Part shown: piece by piece, positions 1 to 7,118 of the stretch
Layout of the letters: each line of letters begins with the position of its first letter
How positions within the stretch are numbered: position 1 is the stretch's first letter
Assembly (NCBI RefSeq): GCF_001272835.1
Contig: NZ_CP010546.1
Span: forward strand, 332,809-364,808
Direction of reading: 5' to 3'
Length of the DNA: 32,000 nucleotides
Source of the DNA: Mycoplasmoides pneumoniae FH
Lineage (GTDB): Bacteria; Bacillota_I; Bacilli_A; Mycoplasmatales; Mycoplasmoidaceae
The notes under the pieces: model-generated
Database searches by the model: none
What the model was told of the DNA's origin: nothing
What the model saw: only the letters and a program-made list of their open reading frames with translations
Made by a program: the position numbers and the translations under genes

Positions 1-1198
1 TTGTCAATAAAGGTGGTTCTTATTCTTCCAATTTCCAGAAGTTTCACCAATTAGCTTACAGTATTTCTTCCACTTCTGGCTTTAAGTATTCGTTTGCCGA
101 TAAGAACGCTAAGCGCTTGAAGTTTAGTGACGACAACACCTTCGTTGAATATCCTGATTTTACTCAGGAAATTAAGTCGCCAGACCAACAAAATGGTCAA
201 AATACTGATGACAATAACAGTAAAAAAGAAGAAAACCTTTTAGGTACCTTTGAAGTTAAAGATTACTCGAAATCTAATAAAGGCGGGAAAGGAAAAAGTA
301 AGGGTAAAGGCGGAAGCAGCAGTAATATGAAGACTATTTACATTTACAAAGGCTATATTCCTGAAGATAAAAAGAAAGGTGATAATGCCATTTTAGTTAC
401 TGAGAAAAAAATTATTGATGCTTTAGAAAAAGCTGCTAATTCTAATGGTGAAAGTACACAATCTAATCCAAAAACCATAGCACTTCAAGCAGCTAAAAAA
501 GAAACTAAAAAGAGCAATAAGAAAGAATCAAAAACGATTGGATATACAACTACTGGTTATGTCAATGCTGATGGTAAACATATTTTTGATACAGACAGAA
601 TTAACAATGAGAGGTTTGATCGTAAAATTATTATTGGTGCTACTCTAGAAACTTTAGACCAATCTAGTACACTCCAAAGTGGTGAAGCAATTGTCTTACC
701 AGCACCTGGTAAATATAAGAGTAGTGATCAAAAAACGGTTATGACAGCGCAAGGCCCCAAGATAATCGGGATCCATGCTAATGCTAAAGAGAACGAAGAA
801 ACACAAAAATTTGTTAATTGGTTTTAAATACGCCAGAAACTTGAGAAAGTAAGAGGAATAAGAAAAACTCTAATGAAAAACAAACTGCAGCACAATACTT
901 TGCTCAAGAGGCATCTTACATCTTGCCCTTAAAAGAAAACTTTGAAAAGGTTCAAATTAACGATAAAGGTGAGAAAAATGAAAATGACACAAAGGGCAAT
1001 ACTTATACCGCTAAAGCTTTAGAACTCTTTAAAAAAGTTTCTCAAAATGAAATCGTGAGTTACAGTGACCCAAGTGACTTTAGAAGTGGTAAGTTTCGTG
1101 ATGCGATTGGCTCTAACTTTAACGCCATTATTAATTCCAAAGGAGACTTCAATAAATTTATTAGTAGTTTTACCGCAAGTTTAGGCTCAGACTTTTAG
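1..1198 (+). pseudogene. Lipoprotein multigene-family member, paralog 1 (5' end outside window), split by a frameshift
   Basis: From nt 3 it reads [27 protein letters not shown]..., collinear with the intact 794-aa paralog (3331-5715) from about residue 383. It stops at TAA 825-827 (..KFVNWF*) where both paralogs continue FLN. Homology resumes in the next frame from 824 (LNTPETW.., TGA-Trp 842-844) to TAG 1196-1198. The T-run 822-825 is T4 here and T5 in both paralogs. Confidence 0.8.
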
Positions 1199-1340
1199 TC
1201 TTTTAAATACCCAATTGATTTATTTTTTAATCGATTAATTTATTTAATGGAAAAACAAGTAGATAAATTAGTGAAAACTTTAATTCATCAAAAAGCGTTT
1301 CAATAAATCCGGTTCTTAGAAATAAGGTTTTAATAAAAAA

Positions 1341-1390
1341 ACATACCAGCAGTTAATGCTTCCAAATTAGCTGTGGGTATGTTTATTCTT
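1341..1390 (+). terminator. Intrinsic terminator-like hairpin after lipoprotein paralog 1
   Basis: ACATACCAGCAG (1341-1352) pairs with CTGTGGGTATGT (1371-1382) with one mismatch and one G-T, followed by a T-rich tail. It belongs to the same CCAGCA../..TGGTATTTTTATT hairpin family seen at 2586, 3086 and 9728. Confidence 0.45.
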
Positions 1391-1640
1391 GTCAAATAAA
1401 TAAAAAAGCCATCTATCTAAAAGACAGACAGCTAAAAAATACTTTTTTTAACGATATTGAAATTAACAGAAAGATCTGTTAGCAAATGTGAAGGAAGAGG
1501 CTCTATGCAAACTTTCAATATGTGGCGTGTTGAAAAACCTTTAAGAATATGCACCAATTGGGGGCAGAAAAGCAGGTCTTCAACATAAATTTTCGTTTTC
1601 CTGCTCCCATTAGATAAATTGAGTTGCTTTTTAAAAGACG
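1381..1640 (-). repeat. Duplicated small minus-strand unit, copy A (contains ORF 1432-1644)
   Basis: Both ends are homologous to 9762-10082: AAATAAATAAAAAAGCCATCT.. and ..TTTTCGTTTTCCTGCTCCCA. Hairpin 1408-1432 has A.C mismatches on the plus strand that become G-U pairs on the minus strand. On the minus strand it is followed by a T-run (complement of 1401-1407). Confidence 0.45.
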
Positions 1641-1686
1641 CCAAAAAGATTAAATGTTCTTCTAATTTGGTTTTTTAACTTCTTCT

Positions 1687-2039
1687 AACTATTAATAGGG
1701 TCTTTTACTTTCTAAAAATTTTTTGAAGTTATTTTGTCACATTTACTTTTTGGGCAATTTAGATCATGAATACCGAAAAAGTATAAGATTCATTAAGTTA
1801 ACGAGGTATCACCTCTTTTTAAAACAAGCCCAATCGCAACTCGTTTCTTTGTTTAACCAAAACTTTTTGCAAGTTTTGTTGGCATTTCTAAATAAATCTT
1901 TCAATTTATTTAGTGATGACACAAAAATTAATATGTTGAACTTTTTAAATAAATCAACAATGGTATTGATCCCCGTTGGCAGCAGTGCTCCAAGTTCTAG
2001 TTCCTTTTTAAATCACCTCAAGAAAGAAGGTATTGCTTA
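1687..2039 (+). repeat. Repeated leader upstream of DUF16 gene (possibly RepMP1-related), copy A
   Basis: TAACTATTAATAGG..TTTTACTTTC.AAAAATTTTTTGAAGTTATTTTG.CAC recurs at 8859. The blocks TTTTGCAA.TTTTGTTG.CA, CAATTTATTTAGTG and GATCCC.GTTG.CA recur at 2641-2824. The SD-like AAGAAGG lies 9 nt before the ATG at 2040. Confidence 0.45.
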
Positions 2040-2582
2040 ATGAAAGAGAAAATTTCTAAAAAGGAATACAATGCCTTAATCCGTAAAACTGGCGAAAAGC
2101 ACTTTGACGGCGAAAAGGAAGAGTACGGTGATGGCACCGTTGGACTTTGAACTTATGAATTGCGAAAATATAAACTTAAACCACCTGTGAAAGTTAAATA
2201 CGTAACGCAAGAAGAGTTTGGCGAATTCAAAGATGCCACCAACCAGCGGCTCACAAAGATTGAGAACGCTTTGGTCGCTCAGGGCGAACAAATTAGAGCT
2301 CAGGGTGAGCAATTAAGTCAACTAATTAAAGTTGTGCTTCTTCAGGGCAAACAAATAAAATCTCAAGGTGAGCAAATAAAATCTTAGGGCGAACAAATCA
2401 ACAAATTAACTCAAACTGTTGAAAAGCAGGGCGAGAAAATTGAAGTCCAAGGACAACAGATTCAAACAGTTAATGAAACTTTGAAGTTTGTAGTTGAAAG
2501 CCTTGAAACTATCCATAAACGGCTCGATGTAATGGAAATTCGTTTAGACAAACTCGAGTCCAAATATATCTGATTCAAATAA
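2040..2582 (+). pseudogene. DUF16/UPF0134 coiled-coil protein interrupted by an in-frame TAG (115-aa product if TAG terminates)
   Basis: The ATG at 2040 opens [16 protein letters not shown]...[38 protein letters not shown]...QGEQIKS, then TAG 2385-2387. The same frame continues GEQINKLTQTVEKQGEKIEVQGQQIQ...RLDKLESKYIWFK to TAA 2580-2582. TGA-Trp codons occur at 2148-2150 and 2571-2573. It is a paralog of 9243-9704. Confidence 0.75.
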
Positions 2583-2585
2583 GAG

Positions 2586-2626
2586 TACCAGCAGTTAGTT
2601 CTAAAAGCAAGCTGTTGGTATTTTTA
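2586..2626 (+). terminator. Intrinsic terminator after DUF16 gene 1
   Basis: TACCAGCAG (2586-2594) pairs with CTGTTGGTA (2612-2620) over 9 bp including one G-T, followed by TTTTT at 2621-2625. Confidence 0.6.
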
Positions 2627-2640
2627 TTGATCTAAAACTA

Positions 2641-2824
2641 CCTAAAAAAATTTTTTGCAATTTTGTTGTCACATATAAAGTCTTAGTTCAATTTATTTAG
2701 TGGAGGAGCAAAATGCAAATCTTTAATTTTTGAAATTGATCAGTAAAGAGTCTGATCCCTGTTGACAACCGAGTTGCAAGTGTTAGTTATTTTTTAAAAA
2801 ATCAAAAGAAAGGAGGATTTAAAC
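2641..2824 (+). repeat. Repeated DUF16-type leader, copy B (shortened), here preceding the 82-aa ORF
   Basis: It shares TTTTTTGCAATTTTGTTGTCAC, CAATTTATTTAGTGGAGGA and TGATCCCTGTTGACAACCGAGTTGCAAGTGTTAGTTATTTTTTAAAAAATCAAAAGAAAGGAGG with 1860-2039. Confidence 0.45.
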
Positions 2825-3073
2825 ATGAAAAAAGTTAAAGTTCTAGAGAAGCCATCTGTTGAAAGAATGATAGAAGTTTTAAGCGACTCTGAAATATTGA
2901 AGTTTGATTTTTCTTGCTATTATTTACCTGATGGTACTAATGAGACGCTCATAAGAATCTTTTTTCAAGAAAAAGTTTCAAGTTCTGTAGTAACAAAAGA
3001 TAAAAATTCTTTAAGACTTGATGAATACTTAAAAGACTTTATTAGCTTCTTAAAAACACAAAGAAAAAACTAA
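2825..3073 (+). CDS. Hypothetical 82-aa protein (no family recognised)
   Basis: The ORF reads MKKVKVLEKPSVERMIEVLSDSEILKFDF... A perfect AGGAGG (2811-2816) lies 8 nt before the ATG, and an intrinsic terminator follows directly at 3086-3117. It sits in the slot occupied by DUF16 genes behind the same leader. Confidence 0.55.
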   Translation: MKKVKVLEKPSVERMIEVLSDSEILKFDFSCYYLPDGTNETLIRIFFQEKVSSSVVTKDKNSLRLDEYLKDFISFLKTQRKN

Positions 3074-3085
3074 TAGCGTAAAAAT

Positions 3086-3117
3086 CCAATAGTGAAAATT
3101 CACTGTTGGTATTTTTA
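3086..3117 (+). terminator. Intrinsic terminator after the 82-aa ORF
   Basis: CCAATAGTGAA (3086-3096) pairs with TTCACTGTTGG (3099-3109), including one G-T, followed by TATTTTTATTT. Confidence 0.6.
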
Positions 3118-3298
3118 TTTATGTCAAATAGAAGATATTAGATGGAAAATTCAAATAGAAACTATAACACACAGAGCTAAGTAATTTTTATTTGTACTTT
3201 TTCTTGTTTAAAAAGCAGTTACTATTTATTCTTTCTTTATTTCATTTTTATCTTTGAAAAATGAGAAAGTTGACAATATTAAAAACTTAAACTTTTTT

Positions 3299-3304
3299 TA
3301 AGAT
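3299..3304 (+). promoter_or_regulatory. Candidate -10 box (TAAGAT) for lipoprotein paralog 2
   Basis: TTAAGATT is conserved at the same distance (about 31-32 nt) upstream of both lipoprotein ATGs (3331 and 10301), inside otherwise diverged sequence. GGGTTTTAGTGCATGAAATT is also conserved. Confidence 0.3.
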
Positions 3305-3330
3305 TCTGTAGATTTTCTGGGTTTTAGTGC

Positions 3331-5715
3331 ATGAAATTGAAATATGGAACCATTATTTTCAGTGGTCTTTTGGGAGTTTCCGCCATTTTAGCTGCCTGTG
3401 GTGCACGCGGCAAATTTGACCAAATTGATGATGGCAAAATTGTTTTAGCTTCTTCTCTTACATCTAAGGGTGCAGCTAATGCCTTGCAAACAATTGTTAA
3501 AAAGTACAACGAAGTTAAAAATATTGATGACTATCCCATTGAAATTATCCAAATTGCCGGTGGTTATGATGGCGGTCGTGGTAACTTACAAACAAAACTA
3601 AGTGTTAAAGACAAAAATAGTTTCTATAACTTAATTTTGAACTACCCAGACGTAGTTTCTGTTTTAGGTCGAGTAGGCATGGAATTGCCCTTCGATAAGG
3701 TTAGAACAGATAAATTATCACCCCGTTTTCTTGATTTCAACAAGCGAATTAGTGCCATATCTAAGCAAGGTATTTACGGCATTCCAGTCTCTTTGTCTAC
3801 TGAAGTTTTAGTTTTAAATGGTCCGGTATTGCACTATATTTTGAGCAGTGCAAAGGGTAGTAGTGACAAAACGCAAGTAAGTCAAACATCATCAGGATTA
3901 AATCAACAAAAAACTCTTCAAAAACCCTTAAAGATTGATACAAGCGATTCAAGCACTTCTTCTCTTTGGACTCAAATTGAGAACGCCGCTAAAAATAACG
4001 GTAAAAAAGCAAATAATAGCAAAAGCAATAGAAGATCCACAGATCAAAGTACACAAACACATAACGATCAAGGCGATGCTTCTGAAAGTGATAAAAAGAT
4101 TAAAGAATCTTGAGGCGATTATGAAGAAGTGGATGGTGGCTTAAAAGGCTTTACTTTTAAAGCTAGCATCTTTGATAATTGGCACGATTTACTCGATTTT
4201 TCTACTAGAGCGGCTAAATCTTTTAAAAAGATAAAAGATAACAATACTAAAAAAGGAACTGATATCCAAGGCATTCTTGGTGTAGATAGTTCAGCCAATT
4301 CCTTATTTACTTCTGTTTTTGCAGCTGGTAATGGTGACTATGACAACTTCTTTTACAAGGTTGCAAACGGTCGGGCTGACTTTAGTAACTTTAAGAATAG
4401 AGGTAGTTCCTTCCAAAACTTACAAAGTGTTTTTAATGATTACAAGGGTTTAATTGATCAAAACGGTCTCTTTGTTAATAAGGGCGGTTCTTACTCTTCT
4501 AACTTTCAAAAGTTTCACCAGTTAGCTTACAGTATCTCCTCTACCTCTGGTTTCTATTATTCATTTGCTGGTAATAGTGCTAAGCGCTTAAAGTTTGGTG
4601 ATAATTCTTTCATTGAGTATCCACAATATACTGTTCCAATTAAAGCTCCTTCAAAGAATGGTGATGGAAATAGCACAAACAGCAATAGCGATCTTTTAGG
4701 CACTTTCACTTTAAGTAGTGGTAAAAAGTCAACAGATAAAAGTAAAAGTGATAGTCAACAAAATCAAGGCAAGAAAGTAGAAGGAACACCTAACCAGGGT
4801 AAAAAGGCAGAAGGTGCCCAGAACCAAGGCAAAAAAGAAAATAACAGTACAACTATTGAAATTTACAAGAACAAAATTCCTGATGGTAAAAATGCTGGGA
4901 AAGATGCCATCTTAATAAAAGATAACAATCTCATTAAACAGCTAGAAGATGCTGCTAAGAAAAACGGTGCAGAAAGTAATCAAAAACAAGGTGGAGAGAG
5001 TAATGGTCAGAAAGAACAAATTATTGGTTATACCACCACTGGTAACGTTCGTGAAGATGGTAATCACATTTTTAGAGTAGACAAAATTAATGACGAACAA
5101 TACGATCGCAAAATTATTGTTGGCGTTACTGTGGAAACTTTAGAACAGTCTAGCACTTTGCAAAGCGAAGAAGCAATTGTTTTAGCAGCACCTGGTAAAT
5201 ATAAAAGCACTGATAAAAAGAAGGTAACAATTACCCAAGGTCCGAATATTATTGGTATCCATGCTAACGAAAAAGAAAATGCAGAAACCCAAAAGTTTGT
5301 TGACTGGTTTTTAAATACAGAAGTAGATTGACCCGCTAAGGAAAATTCTTCTAATAAACAAGATCAACAAAATTCAACCAAAAAACAAACCGCTGCTGAA
5401 TTCTTTGTTGAATCCGCTTCTTATATTCTGCCTTTAAAGGAAATCTTCGAAAATAAAGAGAAAAAAGAAAATACAAGCAATAGTGATAAAAATAAGAGTA
5501 GTAGTCAAAGGAAAAATACTTACGCTGAGAAAGCGCTAGAACTTTTTCAACAAATAAGTAAAGATGAAATAGTTAGTTACAGCGATCCGAGTGATTTTAG
5601 AAGTGGTAAATTCCGCGATGGGATTGGTTCTAACTTTAATGCTGCTGTAAGCTCTAAAGCAGACTTTAATAAGTTTGTTAAAGGCTTCATCGCCACTTTG
5701 GGTAGTGAAATTTAA
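3331..5715 (+). CDS. Lipoprotein, multigene family (794 aa), paralog 2, intact
   Basis: It opens [23 protein letters not shown] with lipobox ILAAC. The frame is continuous under code 4 through TGA-Trp at 4111-4113 and 5329-5331, ending at TAA 5713-5715. A Lys/Gln/Gly-rich linker with three imperfect 30-nt repeats (NQGKK[VA]EG..) spans 4762-4845. The N-terminal half loosely resembles extracellular solute-binding proteins; this is a weak, by-eye impression. Confidence 0.9.
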
Positions 5716-5804
5716 GCGAATTTGTGAGCTAACTAATCACAATAATTTTAGGTTAAAACAAAACCTTAAAAAGGTTTAGTGAAAGAAATTAAACTGTTAC
5801 TGTC

Positions 5805-7118
5805 GTGGAGATTAAAACTTACAAAATCAAAGATATTTGCGATATTAAACGCGGTAGAGTTATCAGCAAATTGGACATTAAAAAAGATCCAGGAGTTTTT
5901 CCTGTTTATTCGGCAGCTACTAATAACGATGGGGAGTTTGGTCGAATAAATTCTTATGACTTTGATGGTGAATATGTTACTTGAACAGCTGACGGTTATG
6001 GAGGGGCTGTTTTTTATCGTAATGGTAAATTTAGCATCACAAATCTTTGTGGTCTTTTGAAAGTAAAAAATAAAGAAATTAGTTCAAAATATCTTGCTCA
6101 TATTTTGAAACTAGAAGCACCGAAATTCACAAACCGTGTTTTTAAAAATAGACCTAAGTTAACACATAAAACAATGGCCGAAATTCCCATTGATTTCCCA
6201 CCCTTGAAAATTCAAGAGAAAATTGCTACTATCTTAGATACTTTTACCGAGCTAAGTGCCGAGCTAAGTGCCGAGCTAAGTGCCGAGCTAAGTGCCGAGC
6301 TAAGTGCCGAGCTAAGTGCCGAGCTAAGTGCCGAGCTAAGTGCCGAGCTAAGTGCCGAGCTAAGTGCCGAGCTAAGTGCCGAGCTAAGTGCCGAGCTAAG
6401 TGCCGAGCTAAGTGCCGAGCTAAGTGCCGAGCTAAGTGCCGAGCTAAGTGCCGAGCTAAGAGAGCGCAGGAAGCAGTATGACTTCTATCGCGATTATCTG
6501 CTCAACCAAGAAAATATCCGAAAAATTTACGGAGCAAATATACCTTTCGAAACTTTTCAAATAAGGGATATTTGTGAAATAAATCGTGGTCGAGAAATAA
6601 ATGAAAAATACCTTCGAGAAAATCCAGGTGAATTTCCAGTTTATTCCTCAGCAACAACAAATGGTGGTTTAATTGGAAAAATTAATGATTACGATTTTCA
6701 TGGTGAATATGTTACTTGAACAACGGGCGGCGCACATGCCGGAAATGTCTTTTACCGTAATGAAAAGTTTAGTTGTTCACAAAATTGCGGATTGTTAGAA
6801 GTAAAGAACAAAAATAAATTTAGTTCCAAATTCTTATGTTTTGCACTAAAACTACAATCTAAAAAATTTGTGAATTATGCCTCTGCAATTCCGGTTCTAA
6901 CAATAAAGAGAATTGCAGAAATCGAACTCTCCTTTCCACCTCTAGAAATTCAAGAAAAGATTGCTGATATTTTGTTTGCATTTGAAAAACTTTGCAACGA
7001 TTTAACCGAGGGGATTCCTGCCGAAATTGAATTGCGTAAAAAGCAATTGGATTACTATCAGAACTTCTTATTTAATTGAGTTCAAAATAAGAAATTAGAA
7101 AGTCTCAAATCTCTTTAA
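5805..7118 (+). CDS. hsdS: Type I restriction-modification specificity subunit HsdS (full length, two TRDs)
   Basis: The GTG start at 5805 is the first start after an in-frame TAA at 5790-5792. TRD1 reads ..FPVYSAATNNDGEFGRINSYDFDGEYVTW... The central helix reads IQEKIATILDTFT(ELSA)17ELRERRKQY. TRD2 reads ..FPVYSSATTNGGLIGKINDYDFHGEYVTW... The C-terminal helix reads IPAEIELRKKQLDYYQNFLFNW. TGA-Trp codons occur at 5982-5984, 6717-6719 and 7077-7079, and the stop is TAA 7116-7118. Confidence 0.9.
6249..6460 (+). repeat. Perfect 12-bp tandem repeat (GAGCTAAGTGCC) x17 plus a partial unit, in frame, encoding (ELSA)n
   Basis: Counted directly: 6249-6452 is 204 nt, i.e. 17 identical units, followed by GAGCTAAG. 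The paralogous position at 13199-13230 has 2 units of GAGCTAAGCGCC. Confidence 0.97.

Noticed and set aside
1247-1306. 19-codon mini-ORF (MEKQVDKLVKTLIHQKAFQ) after lipoprotein paralog 1
   Set aside because: It is too short, has no SD or conservation evidence, and sits upstream of the terminator hairpin. It is probably part of the 3' UTR.
1723-2040. 105-aa plus-strand ORF upstream of DUF16 gene 1, and an analogous code-4 frame at about 8975-9245
   Set aside because: It lies in the repeated leader. The three leader copies share DNA blocks but no common reading frame, and the sequence is low-complexity (L/F/N/K).
3935-4144. Alternative-frame ORFs inside the lipoprotein genes at 3935-4144, 11280-11462, 10778-10996 (-), 11089-11319 (-) and 3324-3509 (-)
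   Set aside because: They overlap strongly supported coding frames, have no homology and are low-complexity.
5719-5745. TGTGA-N9-TCACA inverted repeat between the lipoprotein stop and the hsdS start, also at 12669-12695, resembling a CRP-type operator
   Set aside because: The spacing (9) is wrong for CRP, and mycoplasmas are not known to encode CRP. It is conserved only because the whole junction is duplicated, so conservation carries no independent weight. It may still be a weak hairpin.
6249-6460. A possible CRISPR array, given the many identical short direct repeats
   Set aside because: The units are contiguous with no spacers, 12 bp long and in frame within hsdS. This is a coding VNTR.
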